Origin: Gaiellaceae bacterium | GTDB lineage: Bacteria; Actinomycetota; Thermoleophilia; Gaiellales; Gaiellaceae | Assembly (NCBI GenBank): GCA_035688325.1 | Contig: DASSMZ010000088.1 | Span: forward strand, 1-42,022 | Direction: 5' to 3' | Length of the DNA: 42,022 bases | Shown here: piece after piece, positions 10,459 through 17,585 of the stretch | Numbering within the stretch: position 1 is the first letter of the stretch | Layout: the number at the start of each line of letters is the position of its first letter | Program-made: the position numbers and the translations under genes | The notes under the pieces: model-generated | Databases searched by the model: none | Told to the model about the DNA's origin: nothing | Seen by the model: only the letters and a program-made list of their open reading frames with translations

Positions 10459-11264
10459 GTGAAGGCGGGCTTGCGGCTCCGCTCGCGGACGTAGGGCCGG
10501 AGCAGCAGCGCGACGCAGATGCCGAGCACGAGCAGCTGCTCGGTCATCATCACGGCGCCTGCCAGCCGCTGGTCGGTGAGGGCGGAGAGGCCGTGCGCGC
10601 CGGTGTAGCGCGGGTAGACCGGGCTCGAGCTGAAGAGCAGCACGTCGACCAGCGGCTGCATCAGGGCGATCATCGCGAGCGCGAAGAAGATCCGCTGCGG
10701 CCGGCGCAGGCGCCCGCGCCGCGCCGGGTCGACGAGCTGGATCCAGACGAGCGTCCCGGCGACGACGAAGCTCAGGTGCTGGAGGTCGTGCACGAGCGGG
10801 TGCGCGGCGGCGTAGTCGTAGCCGGCCGGGATGTGCCAGGCGTAGATCGCCGCCGTCCAGAGGCCGAGCGCGACGAGCGGCGTCATCAGCACGCCGAGCA
10901 GCGAGCGCAGCGGGCGGAACGACGCGAGCGGCTTCAGCACGCGCGGCGGCAGCAGGAAGAAGACGAGCGGGCCACGCACCGCGACCACGAGCAGCGCGAT
11001 CGCCGCGTCGCCGATCAGCACGTGCTGGAGCATGTGCGCCGAGAGCAGCTCGTCGTCGGCGAGCCCGTCGAGGGGCGAGACCAGCGGCAGCACGAGCAGC
11101 GCGAGCCCGGCGCCGAACAGGAGCACCCGGCTCCACGGCGCGTGGTCCGGCCGCCGGCGGTGGAGGCGGACGAACGCCTGGCCGAAGAGGGCGGCCGCGA
11201 CGACCGCGCCCACGACCACCGCCGGCGGCGTCTCCCACGAAGCGGAGGAATGCGCGAGCAGCAC
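10455..11264 (-). CDS. Cytochrome c oxidase assembly factor CtaG-like (COG3336) membrane protein, paralog 1
   Basis: 269 aa, GTG start. Motifs SAHMLQHVLIGD, AWHIPAGYDY, HDLQHLSFVVAG. About 7 TM helices. Confidence 0.8.
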   Translation of the reverse strand: MLLAHSSASWETPPAVVVGAVVAAALFGQAFVRLHRRRPDHAPWSRVLLFGAGLALLVLPLVSPLDGLADDELLSAHMLQHVLIGDAAIALLVVAVRGPLVFFLLPPRVLKPLASFRPLRSLLGVLMTPLVALGLWTAAIYAWHIPAGYDYAAAHPLVHDLQHLSFVVAGTLVWIQLVDPARRGRLRRPQRIFFALAMIALMQPLVDVLLFSSSPVYPRYTGAHGLSALTDQRLAGAVMMTEQLLVLGICVALLLRPYVRERSRKPAFT

Positions 11265-11323
11265 CGCTGCGTCAGGGTAACGAGAGATCGAGCGGCCGGT
11301 CAGCGTCCATCACTGCGCTTCGT

Positions 11324-12280
11324 TCACTTTTCGTCCTGCCGTCTGACGGCGCCGACCGGGAGAAGTCGGTTCGTCGACGAGTGGTCGACCTGCAGGGTCG
11401 TATGGTCGACGGCGAAGCGGTCGTGCAGCAAGGTCTCGAGCTCTCGGCGAACGCCGTGGCAGTCGTCGCCGGGACGCACCAGAACGTGCGCGGAGAGCGA
11501 GGGGAAGCCGGTCGCGATCTCCCAGATGTGCAGGTCGTGCACCTCGACGACCTGGGGATGCGATGCGAGCGCCCGCCCGATCTCCTGCGCGTCCATTCCC
11601 TCGGGCGTCGCCTCGAGCAGTACGCGGCCGGAGTCCTTGAGCAGGCCGTAGGCGGCGCGGAGCATCAGCGCCGCCACGAAGAGCGACGCGATCGGGTCTG
11701 CGCGCACGAAGCCGGTCGTGACGATCACCACGCCGGCGGCGGCCGTGCCGATGAAGGCGTAGAGGTCGGTCACGATGTGCTGGAAGCTGCCTTCGACCGC
11801 CATGTTCTCGCGGTTGGCGCCGGCAAGCAGCCAGGTGGCGAGGACGTTGACGAAGATGCCGGCAAGGGCGACTCCGAGCACCGCCCAGCCGTGGACGTCC
11901 GGTGGCTCGACCAGGCGGCGGATCGCCTCGTAGAGGATCAGGCCGGCGAGCACGACGAGCGTCGCACCGTTGGCCTGCGCCGAGAGGATCTCGGCCCGCT
12001 TGAACCCGAAGGTGAGGTTGCCGCCCGCCGGCCGGGCGGCGAGCGTGAGCGCGATCAGCGACAGCCCGATCGCACCCGCGTCGGTGAGCATGTGCGCGGC
12101 GTCCGAGAGCAGGGCGAGCGAGTTCGCGAGAATGCCGACGACGACCTCGCCGACCATGAAGGCGACGATCAGCGCCAGGGCGAGGCCGAGCCGGCGCCGG
12201 TTCGTGTCCGCGGTGACGGCGTGTGCGTGGCCGGCGTGCGCTCCGGACCGCTCGTGAGCGTGGCGGGGCTCAGCAGGCAT
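11324..12280 (-). CDS. czcD: Cation diffusion facilitator Zn/Co/Cd efflux transporter (CzcD/ZitB type)
   Basis: ATG at 12280. His-rich N-terminus PRHAHERSGAHAGHAHA. TM2 motif HMLTD and TM5 motif HIVTD (the HD-HD site). C-terminal cytoplasmic domain VHDLHIWEI. The start overlaps the upstream gene by 11 nt. Confidence 0.9.
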   Translation of the reverse strand: MPAEPRHAHERSGAHAGHAHAVTADTNRRRLGLALALIVAFMVGEVVVGILANSLALLSDAAHMLTDAGAIGLSLIALTLAARPAGGNLTFGFKRAEILSAQANGATLVVLAGLILYEAIRRLVEPPDVHGWAVLGVALAGIFVNVLATWLLAGANRENMAVEGSFQHIVTDLYAFIGTAAAGVVIVTTGFVRADPIASLFVAALMLRAAYGLLKDSGRVLLEATPEGMDAQEIGRALASHPQVVEVHDLHIWEIATGFPSLSAHVLVRPGDDCHGVRRELETLLHDRFAVDHTTLQVDHSSTNRLLPVGAVRRQDEK

Positions 12281-12971
12281 CGCAGCAGGCTTCTCCTCGC
12301 CAGCTGGCGATGCCCTCACGCAGGGCGACGGCGGCGATCGCGAGTGCGGCCGCCGGGTCGGCCCACCACCACCCGAAGAGTGCGTTCGCGCCCAGCCCGA
12401 CCAGCAGCGCAACCGACAGGTAGGCGCAGATCATGTTCTGCTCGGACTCGCTCACGGCCGCGCTCGAGTCGAGCCGGTTGCCGACCCGACGCTTCGCGCG
12501 CGCGAGCAACGGCATGCTCGGCGCGGTCACGAGCGCGAGGGCGATCCCGACCCGGCTCGCCTCGGGGTGGACGCCCCCGAGCACCGTGCGCAGCGACTCG
12601 ATCCCGATGTAGAGCGCGAGCACGAGGTAGCTGGTTGCGATCAGCTGCTGCGCGCGCCGCTCGGCGCGCTCCGAGTGGACGCGGCTGGTCGCGAAGCGCC
12701 AGAGAATCACGAAGCCGGCGAGCGCCTCGATCACCGAGTCGAGGCCGAACCCGACGAGCGCGATCGAACCGGCGGCGATCCCCGCCCCGAGCGCGATCCC
12801 GAACTCGACGAAGTGCCAGGCATTGCCGCCCCACGCGAGCAGGCGCGCGCGCCGCACGAGCCTCGCCCGCTCTTCGAGCCCGGTCGCAGGAACCGGTGGG
12901 AGCGCGCGAGCGCCGCTGCTGGTGACGACCGGGGTGAGGCCGATCAGCTCGCGCTGCTCGACATCAGCCAC
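12270..12971 (-). CDS. Short CDF-like cation transporter: membrane domain only, with a Cys-rich C-terminal tail
   Basis: 233 aa. CDF-like TM2 GSIALVGFGLDSVIEALAG and TM5 AVSESEQNMICAYLS. Ends in WRGEACCDAC. Its start overlaps the arsR-family stop by 8 nt. Confidence 0.75.
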   Translation of the reverse strand: MADVEQRELIGLTPVVTSSGARALPPVPATGLEERARLVRRARLLAWGGNAWHFVEFGIALGAGIAAGSIALVGFGLDSVIEALAGFVILWRFATSRVHSERAERRAQQLIATSYLVLALYIGIESLRTVLGGVHPEASRVGIALALVTAPSMPLLARAKRRVGNRLDSSAAVSESEQNMICAYLSVALLVGLGANALFGWWWADPAAALAIAAVALREGIASWRGEACCDAC

Positions 12972-13368
12972 GGCCGGCCTCGTCGTGGCTGACGTGCTGC
13001 AGGCCGACCTCGAGCAGCAGGCGGATATGCGCGTCGTCGAGCGAGTAGTAGACGTTGCGGCCCTGCTTGCGGTAGCGCACGAGACGGCTCGAGCGCAGCA
13101 GGCGCAGGTTGTGCGAGCAGGCGGTCTGCGAGAGGCCGGTGACGGCGGCCAGGTCGCAGACGCAGAGCTCGCCGGCCTCGAGCAGCGCCGAGATCAGCCG
13201 TACGCGACCCGGGTCGGAGAGGACGCGGAAGGTCTCCGCCAGGTCCTGGAAGACGGGCTCGGCCGGCAGTCGCTCGAGCACCGCCGCAACACGCTCGGGC
13301 TCGACACATTCGACCGCGCAGCGATCGAGGGGCGCCACGGGGGCCGGCGACGTAGGCGATGTCTTCAC
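12964..13368 (-). CDS. ArsR/SmtB-family metal-sensing repressor, CadC-like
   Basis: GTG start. wHTH with ELCVCDLAAVTGLSQTACSHNLRLL. N-terminal arm has CAVEC (CxxxC). C-terminal DAH-x10-H-x2-H (DDAHIRLLLEVGLQHVSH). Confidence 0.9.
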   Translation of the reverse strand: MKTSPTSPAPVAPLDRCAVECVEPERVAAVLERLPAEPVFQDLAETFRVLSDPGRVRLISALLEAGELCVCDLAAVTGLSQTACSHNLRLLRSSRLVRYRKQGRNVYYSLDDAHIRLLLEVGLQHVSHDEAGRG

Positions 13369-13424
13369 AAGCTCGAAGATGATACTCGGCCCCGCCGGGG
13401 GCTCCTGCTCTCACGGGTGACGGT

Positions 13425-13454
13425 TTGACAGCCGTGTGCGCATGTAGGGATCCT
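13425..13454 (+). promoter_or_regulatory. Candidate promoter for the lipoprotein-ycnI-copCD operon, implying a near-leaderless mRNA
   Basis: Perfect -35 TTGACA (13425-13430), 18-nt spacer, weak -10 GATCCT (13449-13454) ending 8 nt before ATG 13463. The -35 is flanked by a short inverted repeat ACGG/CCGT. The -10 match is weak. Confidence 0.3.
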
Positions 13455-13462
13455 GCCTGCGG

Positions 13463-14299
13463 ATGGGGCGCGTTCTCCTTGCCTGCTGCGCGGTCGCGCT
13501 CCTCGCCGGCTGCTCGTCGTCGTCGAACGTCGCCGCGCCGACGATCGCGCCCGCGCGCACCTACGAGCTCACCGGCTTCACGCCCCTGCGCGTCGCCCGC
13601 CCGGGGCCTGCCCGCGTCACGTTCACGATCCGGCAGCCCTCCGGCGCGCCGCTGACGGACTACAGGCGCGGCGCCGGCCCGCACACCGGCATCCACCTGA
13701 TCGTCGTCAAGCACGACCTGAGCACGATCATCCACAAGCACCCGCCGATCGACGCCGACGGGACGATCTCCGAGACCGTCGTCTTCCCCTCCCCCGGCCC
13801 CTACCGTGTCCTCGTCGACGCCTACCCCGGGGCGAAGGGCGCGCCTCGCAACTTCCAGCTCCACGAGGACGTGCGCGTCGGCGGGGCCTACCGGCCGCAG
13901 CCGCTGCCGCCGTTCCGGGCCACGCAGGCTCTCGCCGGCTACCACGTCGCGCTGCAGGCGCCGAAGCAGCTCCACGCGATCGAGCCTGCGACCCTGACGG
14001 CGACCGTCACCGACCCCGCCGGAAAGCCGGTCGTCTTCAAGCCGTGGTTCGGCGCGCTCGCCCACGCGGTCTTCTTCCGCGCCGGCTCGCTCGACTACTT
14101 CCACACGCACGTCTGCGGCCCGTCCACGCCGGGCTGCACGAGCGTCCTCGGCGCGACGAGCGTCACCGGCAAGCCGGCCGGGCCCGGCAAGCTGCACGTC
14201 GGCGTGCTGCTCCCGATCGCCGGCACCTGGCGCCTGTTCCTGCAGTTCCGCGACCGCGGCCGCATCGTCACGGCGCCGTTTACGCTGCCGGTCCGATGA
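13463..14299 (+). CDS. Lipoprotein with two Ig-like (YtkA/FixH-like) halves, each carrying an H-x12-H-x-H motif; putative extracytoplasmic metal-binding protein
   Basis: Lipobox LLAGC. Motifs HLIVVKHDLSTIIHKH and HAVFFRAGSLDYFHTH. Located directly upstream of ycnI-copCD. Confidence 0.75.
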   Translation: MGRVLLACCAVALLAGCSSSSNVAAPTIAPARTYELTGFTPLRVARPGPARVTFTIRQPSGAPLTDYRRGAGPHTGIHLIVVKHDLSTIIHKHPPIDADGTISETVVFPSPGPYRVLVDAYPGAKGAPRNFQLHEDVRVGGAYRPQPLPPFRATQALAGYHVALQAPKQLHAIEPATLTATVTDPAGKPVVFKPWFGALAHAVFFRAGSLDYFHTHVCGPSTPGCTSVLGATSVTGKPAGPGKLHVGVLLPIAGTWRLFLQFRDRGRIVTAPFTLPVR

Positions 14300-14907
14300 G
14301 AGCGCGGTTCCTCGTCTGGCCGGCCGTCGTCGCCCTGCTCGTCCTGATCGCGCGGCAGCTCGCGTACGCCCTGGCGCCGAGCCCGCTCGCGCGCGTGCTC
14401 GAGCACCGGGCCGGCGGGCCGAGCCTGGTGACGGTGACGCTGGTATCGCTCGGCGTGGCGGCCGTCGGCTCGACCGTGGTCGTCTGGCTCGCCGCCCTCG
14501 GCGTGCGCGAGCGGGCACGGCTGCGGCCCGACCGGGTCGCGCCGAGCCTGCGCCTGCGACGGACGGCGCTGCGCGCGGTGGCGCTCTACGCCACGAGCTG
14601 CCTCTCGTTCGCGACCTTCGAGTCGTACCTGCACTGGCGCGCCGGGCTCGGCTTCCACGGGCTCTCGTGCCTCGTCGGCCCGGTGCACCGCAACGCGCTC
14701 CCGCTGCTCGCCGCGCTGGCGCTGCTCGCCGCCGCGCTCGCGGAGGCGGTCGACCACCTGCTCGCGTGGGCGCGCGCCGTCGCCCGCGAGCTGCGCCGCC
14801 ACCGCGTCGCGCCGGTCGCGTTCGCCGTCTTCGCGCCGCTCCTCTCGGCCGCGCCGGCGCTGGTGCCGGTGCGGACGCGGTCCCGTGGGCCGCCGCTCCC
14901 GGCCTGA
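14296..14907 (+). CDS. Hypothetical integral membrane protein (203 aa)
   Basis: ATG at 14296 overlaps the lipoprotein TGA (ATGA). About 4 hydrophobic helices. Near-saturated GC3. The 5' part of listed ORF 14044..14907 is a shadow frame. Confidence 0.6.
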   Translation: MRARFLVWPAVVALLVLIARQLAYALAPSPLARVLEHRAGGPSLVTVTLVSLGVAAVGSTVVVWLAALGVRERARLRPDRVAPSLRLRRTALRAVALYATSCLSFATFESYLHWRAGLGFHGLSCLVGPVHRNALPLLAALALLAAALAEAVDHLLAWARAVARELRRHRVAPVAFAVFAPLLSAAPALVPVRTRSRGPPLPA

Positions 14908-14933
14908 CCGGGACACCACGCGAAAGGAGACCC

Positions 14934-15506
14934 ATGAAGCTCGTTCCCGCGGCCGCAGCGGCGGCCGTGACCATGCTCGTCTACGCGGGCGCCGCGTCGG
15001 CGCACGCGATCGTGAGCCCACCCGTCGCCGAGGCCAAGGTGGCGCAGCAGTTCACGCTCTCCGTGCCGACCGAGGAAGCAGGCGCGGCCACGACCGAGGT
15101 CGAGCTGACCGTCCCGGACGGCTTCTCGATCGACTCGTTCGAGCCGTCTCCGGGCTGGAAGCGCACCGAGCGGGCGAGCGGCTCCGGCGAGGCGCGCGTG
15201 ATCCAGAAGGTGACGTGGACGGGCGGCCACGTGCCGACCGACGAGGACGCCGTCTTCCGCTTTAGCGGCAGCCTGGCGTCGACCAAGACGCTCAGCTTCT
15301 CCGTGCGTCAGACGTACTCGGACGGCAAGGTCGTCGACTGGTCCGGCGCCGAGAGCTCCGACACGCCGGCGCCGCGGGTCGAGGGCGTCTCGTCCCTCGG
15401 CGGCAGCTCGAGCTCGACGCTGACGATCGTGGCGCTCGTCGTCGGCGCGATCGGCGTCGTGCTCGGGATCGTCGGCCTGACGACGCGGAGCCGGCCGCTC
15501 GCGTGA
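14934..15506 (+). CDS. ycnI: YcnI-family (DUF1775) copper-binding protein, membrane anchored
   Basis: Ribosome-binding site AAAGGAGA 4 nt before ATG 14934. Signal peptide ending ASA|HAIVSP, so the mature N-terminus would be His. Ser-rich linker and a C-terminal TM helix. Confidence 0.85.
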   Translation: MKLVPAAAAAAVTMLVYAGAASAHAIVSPPVAEAKVAQQFTLSVPTEEAGAATTEVELTVPDGFSIDSFEPSPGWKRTERASGSGEARVIQKVTWTGGHVPTDEDAVFRFSGSLASTKTLSFSVRQTYSDGKVVDWSGAESSDTPAPRVEGVSSLGGSSSSTLTIVALVVGAIGVVLGIVGLTTRSRPLA

Positions 15507-17206
15507 GGCGAGCCTGGCTCGTGGCAGCCGTGGCTGCGGCGGCGCTCGTGCTGCCGGCCTCGGCCTGGGCGCACGCGGCGCTCCTGCGAACCGTGCCGGT
15601 CGCGAGCGGGACGGTCGACGCCGCGCCGCCGGAGGTGCGGCTCACCTACAGCGAGCCGGTCGCGCCGAAGTTCGCGATCGTCTCCGTCACCGACGCGGCC
15701 GGGCAGCAGGTGACGAGCGGCCCGCCGGCGGCCGCGCCCGGTGCGCCGCAGACGCTCGTCACGCCGCTGCGGAGTATCGGCGAGGGGTGGTACCTCGTCT
15801 TCTGGCGCGTGATCTCCGCGGACGGCCACCCGGTGCGCGGCGCCTTCACGTTCGCGGTCGGGCCGAACCCCGGACCTCCGCCGCAGTTCCGCATCCCGTC
15901 GCTGAGCGAGACGGCGACGACGACACAGCTGCTGATCGGGCGCTGGGTGATGTTCCTCTCGCTGCTGACGGCGCTCGGCCTGTTCACGCTCCGGATGCTG
16001 ATCGCGCGGCCGGTGGTGCGGGTCGTCCGCGGTTGCTCGCTCCGGTCGCTGAACGTCGCGTTCCTCGTGGCGCTCGCGGTCGCCCTCGTGGCCGTCCCCG
16101 TCTACGTCCTGCTCGCGACGGCCCAGTTCACGCTGCGCTCGGTGTGGGATCTGAACGCGATCGTGCCGGTCGCGCGTGACTCCGGCTTCGGGCGCGACTT
16201 CCTCGACCTCGAGCTCGTGCTCGCGCTGTTCGCCGTCGCCGCGGTCGCCGCGCTCTGGGTCGACCGGCCGGAGCGGCAGGTGCGATCCGTCGCCGAGCTG
16301 CTCGCGCTGCCGTCCGCGCTCGCCGCGGCGATCGCGACGCTCGTGCTGCCGGCGCTCGCCGGCCACGCCGGGCAGAAGTCGCCGCGCGGGTTGTCGCTGC
16401 CGCTCGACGTGGCGCACCTCGCGGCGGTCTCGATCTGGATCGGCGGCCTGATCGGTCTCGTCGTCTTCTGGCTCTCGGTCGGCGCGCTCGGGCGCGCGGC
16501 CGCGCTGGCGTACGTCGTCCCGCGCTTCTCGACCGTCGCGCTCTGCTCGGTGCTGCTCCTGATCGGCACCGGGGTCGGCCAGTCGTTGGAGGAGCTGCCG
16601 ACGCTCGCGAGCCTCTGGAGCACCTCGTACGGGCAGGCGCTGCTCTGGAAGCTCGGCCTCCTGAGCGCGGCGCTGCTGCTCGCCGCCGTCAACCTCGCGC
16701 GGACGAAGCCGCGGCTGCAGGCCAACGACGCCTCCGCTCCGATCGTGCTGCGACGCCTCGTCCAGGGCGAGGTCGTCTTCGTCGCCGCGGCGCTCTTCGC
16801 GGCCGCCGTCCTCTCGAGCCTCGCGCCGCCGTCGAGCGCGCTGGCGAAGGTCCAGGACGTCGCCGCCCGCGTCGGCCCCGGCCCCGTCTCGACGGTCGTG
16901 ACGAAGCAGCCCTACAAGGTGCAGGTGCGCGTGACGCCGAACCGCGCCGCGGTGCCGAACACGTTCCAGCTGGCGCTCACGCGCGACGGCAAGCCGGTGC
17001 CGGGCGCGCAGGTGATCACCAAGTTCGACATGCTCGACATGGAGATGGGCGAGCAGAGCTACCGGTTCCGCGAGCTGCGGCCCGGCGTCTTCTCGAAGTC
17101 GGCGCCGGCGCTCGTGATGGTCGGGCACTGGGGCCTCGTGTTCGAAGTGGCGCCGCCGCAGGGCAAGCCGTTCGTCGTCACCCTTCTCGACAAGGCGGGC
17201 GGATGA
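15503..17206 (+). CDS. CopC-CopD fusion copper transport protein (YcnJ-like) with a C-terminal YtkA/FixH-like domain
   Basis: GTG overlaps the ycnI TGA (GTGA). Signal peptide AWA|HAALL. CopC motif VISADGHPVRGAFTF. About 8 TM helices of CopD type. C-terminal soluble beta-rich domain. Confidence 0.88.
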   Translation: MRRAWLVAAVAAAALVLPASAWAHAALLRTVPVASGTVDAAPPEVRLTYSEPVAPKFAIVSVTDAAGQQVTSGPPAAAPGAPQTLVTPLRSIGEGWYLVFWRVISADGHPVRGAFTFAVGPNPGPPPQFRIPSLSETATTTQLLIGRWVMFLSLLTALGLFTLRMLIARPVVRVVRGCSLRSLNVAFLVALAVALVAVPVYVLLATAQFTLRSVWDLNAIVPVARDSGFGRDFLDLELVLALFAVAAVAALWVDRPERQVRSVAELLALPSALAAAIATLVLPALAGHAGQKSPRGLSLPLDVAHLAAVSIWIGGLIGLVVFWLSVGALGRAAALAYVVPRFSTVALCSVLLLIGTGVGQSLEELPTLASLWSTSYGQALLWKLGLLSAALLLAAVNLARTKPRLQANDASAPIVLRRLVQGEVVFVAAALFAAAVLSSLAPPSSALAKVQDVAARVGPGPVSTVVTKQPYKVQVRVTPNRAAVPNTFQLALTRDGKPVPGAQVITKFDMLDMEMGEQSYRFRELRPGVFSKSAPALVMVGHWGLVFEVAPPQGKPFVVTLLDKAGG

Positions 17207-17295
17207 GGGCGCGGCTGCTCGCCGCGCTCGTGGCGCTCGCTGCGGCGGCCGCCGCCTGGGTGGTCGTGCTCGAGGCGGTTCGGCGGACGGTCTAG
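17203..17295 (+). CDS. Possible 30-aa single-TM micropeptide translationally coupled to copCD (below the ORF-track length cutoff)
   Basis: ATG 17203 overlaps the copCD TGA (ATGA). Sequence MRARLLAALVALAAAAAAWVVVLEAVRRTV. 28 of 30 codons end in G/C. Its stop overlaps the convergent yciI-like stop (CTAG). Short open frames are common by chance at this GC content. Confidence 0.25.
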   Translation: MRARLLAALVALAAAAAAWVVVLEAVRRTV

Positions 17296-17585
17296 CCGGC
17301 GCGGCCGTCGAGCCGGATCGTCCAGCGGTCGACGGAGTCGACCACCAGGTGGCTTCCGCTCCACGGGTCCTGCGCGAAGCGCTCGCGGACCTCGTCTTCG
17401 GACGCCGCCTCGACGGCGTGCGCGGTCCGCACCTCGTCGCCGAGCACGCCGCCGAGGACGATGAACCCGTCGTCGACGAGCCCGTCCATGAAGTCCGCGT
17501 GGTCGAGCCAGCCCGACTGCTGCTCGAGCGGCTTCGAGTGGTCGTAGTCGGGGCCCGAGCGGCGGAGGACGACGAGGAACATCAT
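17292..17585 (-). CDS. YciI-like (DGPF-type) small protein, 97 aa
   Basis: ATG 17585 overlaps the stop of the upstream lipoprotein gene (ATGA). Sequence MMFLVVLRRSGPDYD...HADFMDGLVDDGFIVLGG is typical of YciI-like proteins. The rest of listed ORF 17292..18407 is a shadow frame. Confidence 0.75.
   Translation of the reverse strand: MMFLVVLRRSGPDYDHSKPLEQQSGWLDHADFMDGLVDDGFIVLGGVLGDEVRTAHAVEAASEDEVRERFAQDPWSGSHLVVDSVDRWTIRLDGRAG

Noticed and set aside
12944-14974. 676-aa minus-strand ORF spanning arsR, the intergenic region and the lipoprotein/membrane genes
   Set aside because: Low-complexity Arg/Ala/Pro translation. It crosses a divergent promoter region and overlaps genes with recognisable features on both strands.
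15308-17128. 606-aa minus-strand ORF antisense to copCD
   Set aside because: Arg/Asp/Glu-rich low-complexity sequence. The plus-strand frame encodes clear CopC and CopD features.
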